Positions 14,150-28,131 of a DNA stretch of 64,000 nt are shown one piece after another. How positions within the stretch are numbered: position 1 is the stretch's first letter; each line of letters begins with the position of its first letter. The notes beneath the pieces are model-generated. The model was not told the origin of the DNA and did not search any database. It was given only the letters and a program-made list of their open reading frames with translations. Location of the stretch: assembly GCA_951406725.2 (NCBI GenBank), contig OX597821.1, forward strand, positions 24,428,001-24,492,000, given 5' to 3'. A program made the position numbers and the translations under genes. Source of the DNA: Octopus vulgaris (lineage: Eukaryota).

Positions 14150-15978
14150 GTATGTATGTATATATATACATAATACATACACATACATATAGGAGCAGTG
14201 TGGCTGTATGGTGAGAAGCTTGCTTCTCAATCACATGGTTCTGGTTCAGTCCCACTGCGTGGCACCGAGGGTAAATATCTTATACTATACCTCCGGGCCG
14301 ACCAAAGCCTTTTGAGTGTCGATTTGTTCAACTAAAACCTTGCAAGGCTGTGCTTCAAAAACCCCGCACTAAAATGACTGAAACAGTAAAAAGGATAAAA
14401 GAATTCAAACAACGTTGGCCTCGACCTAAAATAGAAGGAACAAAAGCGAAGTTGATCTGTAGGAAAGTTTGGTTTAATATCCCACCATACATTAGATGTT
14501 GCTATTTTAGCAATTACACTCACACCAGCCACACAATCATGGTCATAAAATGCATTCACTTTCTTGAATGCTTCTGTGAACCTGTATGACACATATCAGA
14601 AACAGAAAATCCCACCAACCGACGCACCTACATTGAATAGAGACTTGTGAACTTCGGCAGGTAAATTTTAATTCACGTTAGGTATTTCAACATAATCACA
14701 GCTATGTCACAGGTAATGGATGCTATGTATCTGAATTCTACTGAAATAAACAATGAACCTCAGGAATACAACGTAAAGAGAATATGGAATATTTACTTCA
14801 AGTTACTCTAGGAATTTCACAATACATCTCACTAGGTGCCTCGGTGACTATTCACTTTTTCTGCGACCGTTGAACTAAAGACAGTTGCTTGCTTATCCAC
14901 ATACATACGTAAACACGCAGAAGAAAGACATGAACAGAGAGGAGATAACATAGGACAGATGTTCTGAACATAATAGTGCGGAACTGAGAAGATTTCATGG
15001 AACGAAGTTGACGGAAGGTAGTGTAATAAGCGTGGGTTGTAGGTGTGTGTTACTGGCCAGCTCCCAGGAACAGATACCGCTGATGGAAACAAGCCATAGT
15101 AGTGACATTTATGTATCTACATTACAAAACAACAACACCATTCTAATAATAATTGTTTCAAATTTTGGCAGAGTTAGATTATATTGACCTTTGTCAACCC
15201 CGAAAAGATGAAAAACAAAGTCGTCCGCGGTGGAGCATGAACACAGAACGTAAAGACTAAGATTGGCGAAGTATTTTGTCCGGTGTGTTAACGATTCGGC
15301 CAGCTCGCCGCCATAACTTTACCAAGAAAATATTAGCAGCTATCTTTATTTTCTTACATTTCTGTGTTCTACAATGCAATACATACGAGATTCCAATGGT
15401 GAGCCTGCTAAACTTCTTATATGAAAGTACTTCTCATACTTACAGTAATTTTTTAAAATCCTGGTACTTATTCCATAGGCCATTTTTTCTTGAACCGCTA
15501 TCTTACGGGGACGTAAACATGCAAATACCGATTGTCAAGCCGCGGTGGGAGAAAAATAAACAAACACGCGCGTCGCACACACACTCACACACACACACAC
15601 ACACACACACACGTATACATAAAAACACACATACATACAAACACACAGATACAGACACAGACACACACACACATACACAGACAAACACACACACATTCAC
15701 ACACACACAAACACACACACATACACACACACACACATACACACTCACGACGGTTTCTGTCTACCAAATCCACTCACTAAGTTTTGGTCGGTCCGAGTCT
15801 ATAGCAGAAGAGACCAAAATTGCCTGAATCCGGGACCACGTGGTTGGAAAGCAATTTCATACCACACAACCACGCCTGGGCCTGTATGTGTGCGCGTGTG
15901 GTGTGCGTGTGTGGTGTGCGTGTGACTGCGCCCGCGTGCGTACGTAGTGCATCGATATATGCACGCATGTATCTACTA

Positions 15979-16039
<61 letters not shown>

Positions 16040-16079
16040 CCTACCTTACTACCTATCTATCTATCTATCTGTCTGTCTG

Positions 16080-16225
<146 letters not shown>

Positions 16226-16305
16226 TCTATCTGTCTGTCTGTCTGTCTGCCTGTCTGTCTATCTGTCTGTCTGTCTATCTGTCTGTCTGTTTGCTTGTCC
16301 ATACA

Positions 16306-16404
<99 letters not shown>

Positions 16405-16796
16405 ACATTGTATACCTTAATATAAAATAGATTCGTGGATAGATCGTCATCATCGTCGCCATCATCATCATTTTCATTATCAACATCCGTAATTAGACTG
16501 AGCAAAAAGTACCAGAGAAATTCTCCACTGAATAGCATAGTAGTCATTATTATAAGCAAATGATCAGAACGAAATAAAGGGCAGTGAGAGAAAGGAGAAA
16601 AAGGTTCAAGTTTTAGAATATGTAACGAATGCAGAAAGGAGACGAATGTTTGCAAAAGAAAAAATAGCTTTCAATCTCTATAGCTTGCGATGCATTGTTC
16701 ACGGGAGATAACTTATTAATAAAGTGTCGTTCGTAATCTTCCTTACATTACAGCTTATTTCTTTCTTTCTTTCTTTCTTTTTTGTGCATGGTAGTA

Positions 16797-18225
16797 CAGT
16801 AGAACCTCGCGGTACGAGTGCAGCATTGTACGAGTAATTTGTTGTACCAGCCGAGGTTCGTGCGAATTCATGTCTTGAAGTACGAGCGGAAATCTGCAGT
16901 ACGAGTGAGTTTCCTACAAGCGACCGCTAGTCGGCGCTGAGCTCGCACACGCTCTTGCCAACAAGCTCAGTCCACAGTGTTTATCTTGCTGTGGCAGCAT
17001 CGCTGTTCTGTTTTCCCCAATGTTTTTGTTTAGTTTCGTACATTTTTGCTATTATTTTATAATAGTTAGTTATGTTAGCCATGGATTCTAAAAAGGTTGG
17101 TGCAAAGGTCAGTGTTGAGGAGAAGAAGAAGAAGAAGAAGAAGAAGAAGAAGAAGAAGAAGAAGAAGAAGAAGAAGAAGAAGAAGAAGAAGGAGGAGGAG
17201 GAGGAGGAGGAGGAGGAGAAGAAGAAGAAGAAGAAGAAGAAGAAGAAGAAGAAGAAGAAGAAGAAGAAGAAGAAGCTAGTTACGATGGAATTGAAGAAGG
17301 AAATCACCGATAAACAAGAGTGGGTCGTGCGTGTAGTGGATGTAGCCCGTCAATACGACCGAAGCACGTCGACGATCTGCACCATCCTGAAGAAAAAGGA
17401 CAAGTTCAAGGCTTTTACAACAGCAAAGGGTGTCTCCAGGTTCTCTAAGCAACGCACATCTGTCCACGAAAGGATGGAAAAGTTGCTTCTCCTGCGGATC
17501 AACGGGGAGCAACTCGCAGGGGATACAATTACGGAGACCATCGTCTTCGAGAAAGCACGAGCGGTATATGGGGATCTCCCGAAGCAAAGCCCTGAAACAT
17601 CGACGGAGGAGACATTAGCAGACGCATTTGAGGCCAGTTGTGACTGGTTTGATTATTTCAACAAGAGGAGTGGTGTTCATAGCGTCGTCAGGTATGGAGA
17701 AGCAAGGCGTTCTGACACGAAGGTAACTGGAGATTTCGTGCGAGATTTCCGTCTGCTCATCGTAACCGAGGGATACATCGCACAACAAGTATTCAACTGT
17801 GATGAAACTAGCTTGTTTTGGTAAAATAAATGCCTAGGAGAACCTACAAAACTGCAGAGGAGTAAACGTCAGGCGACAAATCTATGAAAAGTAGGCTAAC
17901 TCCCGCCCTTTGTGCTGATGCGAGTGGAGACTTGAAGATTAAGCCGCTCCTTGTCTACCATTCCGAAAACCCACGAGCGTTCAAGTCACACAAATCGTGA
18001 AGGAGAAGCTGCAGGTTATGTGGAGGACAAACGTTAAAGCTTAGATCACCAGGCAATTCTCCTCCGAGTGGGACAACTTTGTCTTCGAACACAACATTGA
18101 AAAAGTACCTCTGGAGAACAGTCTCCCTCTCAAGGCCCTCCTCATCCTCGACAATGCTCCTACTCACCTTCCTAACCTCGAAGATATCCTGGGGGAATCA
18201 AAATTTATAGAAGTTCTGTACTTTT
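16797..18225 (+). mobile_element. pogo/Tigger transposon, decayed, with (AAG)n/(GAG)n expansion in the ORF
   Basis: TA|CAGTAGAACCTCG terminus, CENP-B-type HTH (STSTICTILKKKDK; FEASCDWFDYFNKRSG), QVFNCDETSLFW, LLILDNAPTH; internal stops. Confidence 0.9.
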
Positions 18226-18602
18226 CACGCCACATATCGATTCCATCCCCCACTGCTCACCCCGTGATTATTTTATCGACCACCGAAAGCATGAATGGCA
18301 AAGTAGATCTCAACGGCATTTGAACTCAGAACATAAAGACAGGATAAATGCCGTGTAGTATTTTATCAGGCCTTCTAACGATTCTGCGATTTTGCCGCCT
18401 TCATTTAGTTAGTAGTTTATCCTTCTAGCATTTAAACCTAGCCATATCCGGCCAAAATAGTGTTCCTGCTGCATGTTGTTAAAACCGGACAGAAATTGAA
18501 TTCTCAAGGTTACGCGACAATACATAAATTCAAAGCAATGAGGAAAAAGAAGCATTACATTTGACAGAGTAATTTGAATGATAAAGGGTTAAATATAGAG
18601 TA

Positions 18603-19014
18603 TCTATATAATAACCTGCTTGTTCGATCGCCCATTACACATTAGTTAGTTAGAGACGTGGAGGTGGATTGGGTGAGAGGTGGAGTAGGAGTGAGAGAGA
18701 TGGAGGAGCGAAAAAAGAAGAGAGGAAGAAGTAGAGAAAGGTGATTGAAATTAATATACCTGGGCCAAGCCAAATGGTCACGTGGTCAGCTGAAGGTGAG
18801 GCGAAGAACGAGAGAGAAAGACGACGAGAGAAAAATAGGGAGAGAGAAGTGTTAACGACGAGTGGTAGGGTGGGGGAAGGAATACTTATTACGCGGTTAA
18901 AAAGTTAGCTGAAGGGGAAAGTAGATAGAGAGAGAGAGAGAGATTCGATAGGAGACGCAGTTATATTGAGAGAGAGAGAGAGAGAGAGAGAGATTCGATA
19001 AGAGACGCAGTTAT

Positions 19015-19069
<55 letters not shown>

Positions 19070-19500
19070 GGCAGACAGACAGAGACAGAAAGACAGCGGT
19101 GGAGTGCTGATACTGAAAAGGATTTTTTTCATTGAACTAATTTTTTTATAGCGACCATTGCATATGCATAAGTACAGTTATCGTCTGCCCGCTTAAAAGA
19201 TTGATATTTGTTTATAAGGGTTAACTTAGCTTACTCTCTAGATTCACAAAATAAAAAAAACAGTGCAAACTGCCCGAGAAAGGTTGCGCAGATATAGAGC
19301 ACCGGATGAGAAAGGAACAGCGAGAAGATTATAATAAAAAGAGGAAAAAGACAACGACGGCGGAGACGTGAGGAAATGAATGGAGACGAACGTCAAGAAT
19401 ATTTAAAGAAAGCTAAACTATGGATATCATAAAAATGCAAATCGTCCGCTTTTTCTTAAATAGGGCCTCTTAATTTTTTCCATTCCGGGGAATTTCCACG
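18603..19500 (+). mobile_element. Helitron-like insertion present in duplication copy 1 only
   Basis: Absent from copy 2 near 62120. Starts A|TCTATATAATAA and contains (GA)n and an E/R-rich ORF remnant. No clear CTRR end. Confidence 0.5.
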
Positions 19501-19715
19501 AGCTCTACTGTAGCTTTAGATAAAGGCGCCTTTGATAACGATACTAAGTTTATTTTCTTTCAGAGTATTGTAATTACCCCGAGAAATCTTTAATAAATCA
19601 CAGGAGAAACGTGATTAAAAATTAAAAAAGCAAAGCGTGGTTTTGTCAATGTTTGCGTCTGTTTAAACAACCAAAAGTAACAACGCCAACAACCACAGCA
19701 ACAACGAAGTGAGTA

Positions 19716-19877
19716 TTAAATCAATGAAGTTTTAATCTGAATAAACAAGCTCAGCCAACCGTAACATTCCCTGTCGTATTCCTTGTCACCACTGACATAT
19801 TGGCCTTTTTTACCTCCGGGATGTACATCACTAGTTTGGAACACTGTTACTCCATAGGACAAGAGTGTCTCACATAT
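19716..19877 (-). pseudogene. Duplicate gustatory receptor-like terminal exon, copy 1 (+1 frameshift in tail, real or assembly error)
   Basis: Same acceptor context. Translates ICETLLSYGVTVFQTSDVHPGGKK..., with one extra base relative to copy 2 near an A6 run. The homologous frame ends ANMSVVTRNTTGNVTVG* (TGA 19751-53). AATAAA on the - strand at 19549-19554. Confidence 0.6.
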
Positions 19878-20287
19878 CTGGGAAAGAAAGAGAAGAAATA
19901 AGAAAGGCAGAATAAGTTCAGATTAACAGTCCAAAGTCATTTCATATTCTATTTAATAGCGAAATAAATATTCTAGGGTCATTGTACAGTGTTTGTTGAC
20001 AATTTTACAGTATGTGCGGGTCAGCGTAGATAATATGGTAGTCTCTCTAGATTATCTTGTACAGTAATTGATGATCGGTAGATTATTTGGTAGTCAGTGT
20101 TAATTATTTAGTGGTCACTGTAATTATTAATTGGTTAAATCAGGTTACTTGGTGATCAGCTTAGAGTATTTGTAAAATAATTTAGTGAAAGTATTACATT
20201 AGAAATTAAAATTAATTATCATGCAGGGAATTAAATAATATGCTTAGAATTTTTAAACATTTATTAGGAATTTCCATTAACCAATTA

Positions 20288-22626
20288 AACTGTGTTATAA
20301 AATTTTGCAAAAGTTTTCTTATCCTAATTTTCTAAGTGTTTATATGCAAATTTTCGCTCCAATTCCGAAAATTATCTGACTTTTTCTTGACCATCGACTG
20401 TCGCTGAAATATATGAAACTACGCTAATTAATAACAAACGTATTGTTTATGGGAAAGGCCATCTGCTCATTTGTAATTGTACCCAAAATTTGAGATAGCT
20501 AGGAAAAATCGTGCTTTTGGTTTAATATAAACCTCTAATGAATGAACAGTGATAAGCTACTCCACTTTTCATGGTACTCAACAGGTATGCCAATTTCATT
20601 TCAGTCTGTCAGAAATGACGGACTCCCTTTCTGTGTAGTAAAGAGCCTATTCATTAAGGTCCATATTGATATGATACTAATATATTTTCTCCTTCAGCTT
20701 TTGTATTGTGAGTATTTCTCTAAATTTTCTTGACCATAGTTACTAGAGGGTACAGAAATTCTCCAGAATATTTCTGTTATGTGTGCAGGTAGTATGTTGG
20801 AACAAAGCATGCATCACATAAAATCGTGAAAGGTGCCAAATACGGAATCGTTTACAGACTCTACTTTGTAATGAATTTAGGTGACCAAAGTAAGCCTTGG
20901 GCCCCCACATGTGGAAGTTGTCGATCAAATTTAGAAAGAAGATGGAAGAAGGTGTATGCCTTTTGCCATCCCAAGTGTATGGCAAGAGTTACAAAGCCAT
21001 CACGATGGCTGCTGTCTTTACATGATTGACGTAACAAAGTACAGACAATTTATAGAAAGACAAGCACTTCATTATCCCAGCACCTGTGCCACAAGATGAC
21101 AAATTACTGGTATCACAACCATCAGAGAATGTTAGAAAATCCCATCACAATGCTTCAATCGAATTTGAATTTCATATGACAAAAGAATCAAAATTCAAAG
21201 GTTAAAAATATTTAACTCAGTTTTCTTTTAATGTTATGGTCACTAATAAAACTCATACTATAGTTCAAGTCATTGTATGCAAACATTTTATCTTGTCAGG
21301 TAGAAGATACTATGGAGCTGTCACCTGGATAGTCCGAAGGTAGCAGCAACCAAGAGATGGATGAAGCAATCGAGCCAAGAATGAATATTCAACCACACTT
21401 TCCAAATCAACGCGTACTGGACGATCTCATCGGGGTTTAGGCCTCACCAATTCAGGAGCTGAATTTGTAGCATCCAAGCTGAAGGAGCGGAATTTGTTAA
21501 AGGAGGACTACAAATCAACAGTATACAGGAAACGACGTTTTACTACACAATGGAAATCAGTATACATCTCTGCCTATCGCATGCTCTTTTCAGATGAAAG
21601 AAAAATATGAAACTGTCAAAAAGCTTCTTCAGAAAGACTATAAGTGAGATATTTGTGGTTATTTTAAGAAGCTTGTCTTCTTCCTAGGATTGCAGAGTGG
21701 ATGCACAAAATATTCATGTTTTCTTTGTGTATGGCACCGCAAAGCCGATCATACCGTAAGACTGAGTGACCCCCCTCCCTCCCTAAGAAATGATATGCAT
21801 CCGGGAATGTTATAAGACAACCTCTTGTAGAGTCTGCCAATGTTTTGTTACCTCCACTTCACATAAAACTGGGTTTGGTCAAACAATGTGAAGGCTTTTG
21901 ATCATTTTGGAGAAAGCTTTCAAGAAATTCGTTTGCTCTTTCCAAAGCTATCTGAGACAAAGTTTAAGGATGGCATTTTTACTGGACCACAAATAATGAC
22001 AATACTGAGTTCAGAGAAATATGATAAAGCAATGAGTGATATCGAAAAAGAGACATGGTGTGCAAATCACGGCATATTCTATAGTTTCCAAGGTCAGAAC
22101 AAAAGTCCCAACTACAAGCAGCTGCTGGCAACGCTTAATTAGATGTTTTAAGAAGTTAAGTTATCGAACGTCCTTAAACGTGCACTTCATGAATTCACAT
22201 TTAGACTTCTTCCCAGGTCAGTAAGGAGCATGGTCAGAGATGCCATCAGGACATTACTACACTGGAGAAGAGATACCAAGGAAGATAAGGCACTATCATA
22301 ATGAGAGACCGTAAAGATAAAGGAAAACACAATCTTTAATGCATTTCTAGTGTAATCTCAGCATATGTCTACTTAGATTTTCTGTGTAGCTTAAAGTGCA
22401 ATGCAATAAATGATGACAAAAATATTTCTTGATTGATATTGTAGCACAATGTGAATAAGGTCAATATAGCACTACCGTATCAAAATATGTTTTTCTTCCA
22501 GTATAAAACCATGATTATTTCTTAAGATATCGATGGGAAGCAAAATCTAAGGGCATTTTTAAAATCAGAAGAAGAACACCAAGGAACATTGAAAACATTT
22601 AGAAAAACAAAATTGGTGTTACAGTG
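20288..22626 (+). mobile_element. Chapaev (CMC superfamily) DNA transposon, decayed
   Basis: LGDQSKPWAPTCGSC, LGLQSGCTKYSCFLC, LLPPLHIKLGLVKQ, FPKLSETKFKDGIFTGPQI, VHFMNSHLDFFP, HQDITTLEKRYQG. Ends CAGTG. Starts where the duplication homology stops. Confidence 0.8.
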
Positions 22627-23877
22627 TTATCGAAAATGTCTTGTTTAGAAAGACAGCACGGTAGGATTTAAGGAGGATTTGGTTGCTATTTTTACCTGGT
22701 CGAGCGACCACATAAATGTTTACTGATTCTGCAATGTATAGTTCACTTGTACTTTGCTGATATTTTTTTATTCCTCCCGGAATGTGTATACAATCAATTC
22801 ATATGAGTTACCGATTTGCATTTACGTATACATATACACATTCTCATGACCGAATTCAAAATAATATTCTTAATATTCCCAACCATATATTCACACGTCC
22901 ATTAACACACCTTTTATCACAAACAATCATCAACATCTCCACATACGCACAAGGACACACATGCTCACACATACACACATACCAGCGCACCCCGTACGCA
23001 TACACATTCGCGCACCTGTGTCTTAACCAGTCATCAAGCCGTTTACAAAAACCTGTTGTTACAACTCAAATTATTTGTCGTAACTCTCTCTCTCTCTCTC
23101 TCTCTCTCACTCACTCACTCATTCTCTCTCTCTCACTCACTCTCTCTCTCTCATTCTATCTATTTATTTATCTCCCTCTCCTCTTTCTCCAATCTATTTA
23201 TTTGCACTCATTGTGTGTATGTATGTGTGTAGGTGTATGTATAAATACACACTCACACACACACATACATACATACATACATATATACATACATACATAC
23301 ATACATAATACATGGGAAGAAACAAGGAGACAGCGAAAGACAGGGAAAAAAGGGAGAGCAAGGGTGGGGTGAGTCAACACTATGATTACTACCATCATTG
23401 TTTTTATCACCATCAGTAAAAGTAGAAACAGCGACAATATCAACACCTCTAAGAAAGAGGGGAGCGAGTCTGGGAAGGAAACAATACCGAAGTCACTCGA
23501 TTGTCAGAAAATAGCAGCTAAATCTCCCTTAAATCATTCATTCTAACATATTTTAACACAGTCTTTGATAGCTCTAAAAAAAAAAGCGGTAACTGTTTGA
23601 ATGTCCTTGAGTATTGGTCGTTAGTATTAAGACTGACGTGGGTTAAACATCAAGTGAGAAAAGTTATACAACAAAAGGATAAGAGAAAGAAAAGACCAAC
23701 AATTTGAAGTGGCTGATATTATAACGATGTCCTAGTGTACACAGACAGTATGGCGACGGGCTGGTATTACGTTTACCCCTGTTGAAGGGCCAGGTAACAT
23801 TTTCCCCATATTTTCCTACACATTATTTCACAAATATTCAACACACATACTCAACACACACGCACGTACGCGCGCAC

Positions 23878-24026
<149 letters not shown>

Positions 24027-24300
24027 ACACACTCACACACATAACACACACACACACACACAATTGTTTGGATACCGAAAAGAAATTTAGCCTGTCTGAT
24101 AAATACTCACATTTGGTTTTACAAACGGGGGCAAACCTAATACCCCTATCTTTATGTTCTCAGTTCAAATGCCGCCGGGGTCAACTTTGGTTTTCATCCT
24201 TTCAGAGTCGATAAATTAAGTACCAGTTGCGTACTGGAGTCGATCTAATTGACTGGCCACTTTCCCCAAAATTTCAGGCCTTGTGCCTATAGTAGAAAAG

Positions 24301-24377
<77 letters not shown>

Positions 24378-24532
24378 AGTCAGCGAACTGGCAGAATCGT
24401 TAGCACGCTTAGCGGTAATTCGCCCGTCGCTACGTTCTGAGCTCAAATTCCGCCGAGGTCGACATCGTCTTTCAGGGTCGATAACACTCATCCCTCCCCC
24501 AAAACGGCTGCTCCTGTAGCACAATTTGAAAC

Positions 24533-24587
<55 letters not shown>

Positions 24588-24602
24588 ATTATTATTATTA
24601 TT

Positions 24603-24647
<45 letters not shown>

Positions 24648-24649
24648 AT

Positions 24650-26330
24650 TTATATTCTCACTTTATCACAGGTTTTGTTTGAGTTCCTGGAGTCTTGCAT
24701 GCGAAGCGGGCTTGCTACCTGCAACCTACGGTACCATGCTACTCATTCTTTTCTGCTATCTGATATTTTCCTGATTATTCTCGTCGTGCCAAGCAAGTAA
24801 ACCTTTTCTAACAGTTCTACTAGGTACTCTATTCCAATTTCCTTGATATTCCTCTTGATGCCTTCTGATACTGCTCCCAAGGACCCAACAATAATTCGCA
24901 CTGTCTTCACCTTCTTCATTTACTATATCCGGATTATTTCGTACTTAAGAGGCTTGTATTTTTTCGCCTTCCTTCTTGACTATTCGTGGGTCAAAGGGTA
25001 TGCAACATCAACTACATAGCAAACGGAGTGCATCTTGTCGACCACCACTAGGTCCAGTCTGTTATGTTCTAGCACTTGATCTGATTGGAGTGGGAAATCC
25101 CAGTGGATTTTGCTAGTCTCCAACTCCGCTACTCTCAGCCATTTGTGCTCATACCACGTCTTGCCTTTCACTAGCCCTTACTTTTCGCAGTTTCCAATTT
25201 AGCTCTTTTCTTACCTGATCATGTCGCCACAGCTTGTGGTGGTTTTGGGCAAGTCTACGGTATTCATTTGTGATATGGGCAATGGTTTCATCGACTCTAT
25301 TAAAGAAGCGACACAGCGAAATCACTTGTTCCTTCCTCAGATTAAACCTCCAGTTCGTGGCCAAAGCCTGGTCTTGCGCTGGCAGAATAGTGCTCTCGGG
25401 ATTTTTTTCAGCTTATCCCATCTACTTTTTTCAGCAAATTCCGTTGTGGCTACATGAAATTGATTGTGTAGTCCCTTGTTGTGTAACTCTTCTTCGTATC
25501 CTTTTTGTACTTCTTCCTCTGTTTTTCATTTTTTTTTTCTGCTTTCAATGCTCCCTTTTTTCTGCTTTCAATGCTCCCTTTTTTTCTGCTTTCAATGCTC
25601 CCTTTTTTCTGCTTTCAATGCTTTCAAAGCTCACTAGAAAGTTTTCCTTACTTTGGGTTAGGTATTTCATTGAGCTCTCGAGTTCGATACGTACACAGTA
25701 TTCCACACTTGTCAGTCCTCTTCTTCCAGTTGCTCTCTTCATGTATAGGTGATCAGTGTCTGCACGTGGATGATGGGCTCCATGCATCGTTAGGAACTTT
25801 CTTGACTTCCTGTCCATCTCCTTTAGCTCATCCTCTGTCCACTTCAGGATTCCTGCGCCAGACCGTACTACTGCGACTGCGTGCAAGTCTTATTTCCGAA
25901 ATTATGTTTCTGGTAGTCAGCTTTGAAGTCAGTATTTTTCTCAATCGCCGCAGGTACTCTCTTTTTGTCTTTTTCTTCATGTCGTCGTGTTTAATTCCAT
26001 CTGGCTTAAGTATGCCCAGGTATTTATAGCTGGATTAAGGTTGAATTGCCTTAATCATTTCACCACTTCATAAAATTATGCCTTCTGTCCTGACAAGCTT
26101 TCCTCGTCTCATCACCATCGTAGCACATTTTGAGAACCCAAACTCCATCTTAATAACACCAGAGAAATCCGCAGTCTGGACTAGGCTGTCCAGTTCTGTC
26201 TCACTTTTTGTGCTGCTACTCCATATATTGCCATTGTTTTTATCATCCAGGTGTGTGTTATCATATCGTATGCTTTTCGATAGTCAACTCATGCCATGCT
26301 CAGGTTTGTGTGTCTTCTCTTGCAGTTTCT
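24650..26330 (-). mobile_element. R4/Dong-like non-LTR retrotransposon fragment (RT C-terminus and REL)
   Basis: YKYLGIL, WTEDELKEMDRKSRKFLTMHGAHHPRADTDHLYMKRATGRRGL, RHDQV, WDFPLQSDQVLEHNRLDLVVVDK. Confidence 0.85.
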
Positions 26331-26678
26331 GATAATTTAATTATCGATTAAGAGCTGATCCGTTGTACCCAGGCTCCTCTTTCGGTACCCTTTCTGTTCA
26401 ATATGTAGCAGCGAGTATATGTGTTTATGTGTGTGTGTGTGTGTGTCTGTGTGTGTGTCAGCCAGCCCAACACCGCCATCCCATCACCACCCCGCTCCAC
26501 CATCAATATGAATCGTGTATCTTTTGTGTTTTTCAGTGTAATCTGGTGATTTTTGTATTGAGAAGTGCTCCATTAATAAGTTGGCACCGGGATCTGATGT
26601 TAATCTCACTTCATTCTCTGTTGTACACTTGACCCAGCAACATCGCAGCAACGTAGCATCATATCTGTAAAAGAAACT

Positions 26679-27822
26679 ATGAAGGAAGCAACTGTTCTGT
26701 TATATATTGTCACATTGATGGCAAGTGTGATACATATCGAAACTAGCAGCTTCATCGTCAACAAAAGAAATATCATCAGTAACGTCAACCCCAAAATCAT
26801 AACCTTTAACAAAACAGTGGATTTAATTGTTAAAGCGGCGACCTGCCACCCGGTGTGGAATGCGTGTAAAAACGGCAAAAAGTGCATTCGTGACAGTAAT
26901 GATAGAATATACAAATGCCGTTTGGTCAACAATAACAACACTGACGGCAATAACAGCAACAACAACGAGATGAATACGAACGTCACCATCGCCAACAACA
27001 ATACTGACGACATCAAGAACATTACCAACAGCAATAGCAGCAGCGATGCTATCGATGCTAGCATCATCAACAACAGCAACACTAGCAGCAGCAACATCAG
27101 CATCACTGACAACAACGAAAGCTACAGTAATAACTCCAATGGTATCATCATCAACAACAACAACAACAACAACAGCAACAGCAGCAAGAATGACAACACG
27201 AACAAGAGCACCACCGTCAGCATCATCAATGACAGCAGCAACAACAACAGAAATGAGAGTAACCACAACGACGGAAGCTTCAACCCCAAAATCATAACCT
27301 TTAACAAAACAGTGGATTTGATTGTTAAAGCGGCGACCTGCCACCCGCTGTGGAAAGCGTGTAAAAACGGTAAAAAGTGCATTCGTGAAGGTAATGATAA
27401 AATATACAAATGCCGTTTGGTCAACAATAACAACACTGACGACAACAACAACAACAGCAACAACACCACTGACAACAACGGGACCTCTGAATCTCCAACT
27501 GTTTCACCCAAAATCTGTACCGTGAATTCGACTCATTGTGGAAGCGATGAAACGTGTGTGAAATACAACAATAGTTTGCAGTGCCGTAAGTTAAGTGACG
27601 GAGAACAGTACATGTGTGATCTATGTGCCAATGGTATATGTGTGCTTGGGAAGGACGGAGATATGTCCTGTAGTTGCAAACCACAGTGGACAGGAGATCT
27701 ATGCACTGAGCCTTGTCACAGGAACTGCACAATTGGCAATTGTATTTTGTTACGATATGAAGAATATTGCGAGTGTCCAGGCAATTTTACGCCTTCTTCG
27801 AACTGCACAGAACAATACAAAG
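26679..27822 (+). CDS. EGF-TM-TIR receptor (gene A), coding exon 1: signal peptide, 3 four-Cys EGF-like modules, N/S/T-rich linkers, 2 EGF domains
   Basis: ATG at 26679 with hydrophobic N-terminus MKEATVLLYIVTLMASV. EGF patterns CDLCANGICVLGKDGDMSCSCKPQWTGDLC and CHRNCTIGNCILLRYEEYCECPGNFTPSSNC. Donor AAG|GTGAGT at 27823, phase 1. Upstream acceptor ttttcAG at 26535-26536 implies a 5'UTR exon further upstream. Confidence 0.88.
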
Positions 27823-27880
27823 GTGAGTCATTTTGCCCCACTTACAACAATTGTAAGATTATGAATGTATATATGTAATG

Positions 27881-27932
<52 letters not shown>

Positions 27933-28131
27933 TGTATGTATGTATGTATGTATGTATATATTTGTGTGTGTGTATTTGTATTTGTATTTGTACGTGTGTA
28001 TTTGAAAACCTTAGCTGTTAAGTCATATGGTATGTCAACTATCTCCCCTTCTCATATGGACCTGGTCTCAGTTGCCATTTGATAATTGTGACACATCCTC
28101 TAGAGACAGATAATTTGAATAAATCAAGAAT

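Larger units (their letters stand above)
18240..20286 (+). repeat. Direct segmental duplication, copy 1 (pairs with 61755-62925)
   Basis: Collinear identity over a SINE remnant, 3'UTR, the Grl-like exon and about 400 bp of intron. Copy 1 has an extra ~900 bp insert (about 18602-19500). Confidence 0.9.

Noticed and set aside
26606-27511. Hydrophobic antisense ORFs over gene A exon
   Set aside because: Reverse-frame shadows of AAC/AGC repeats.
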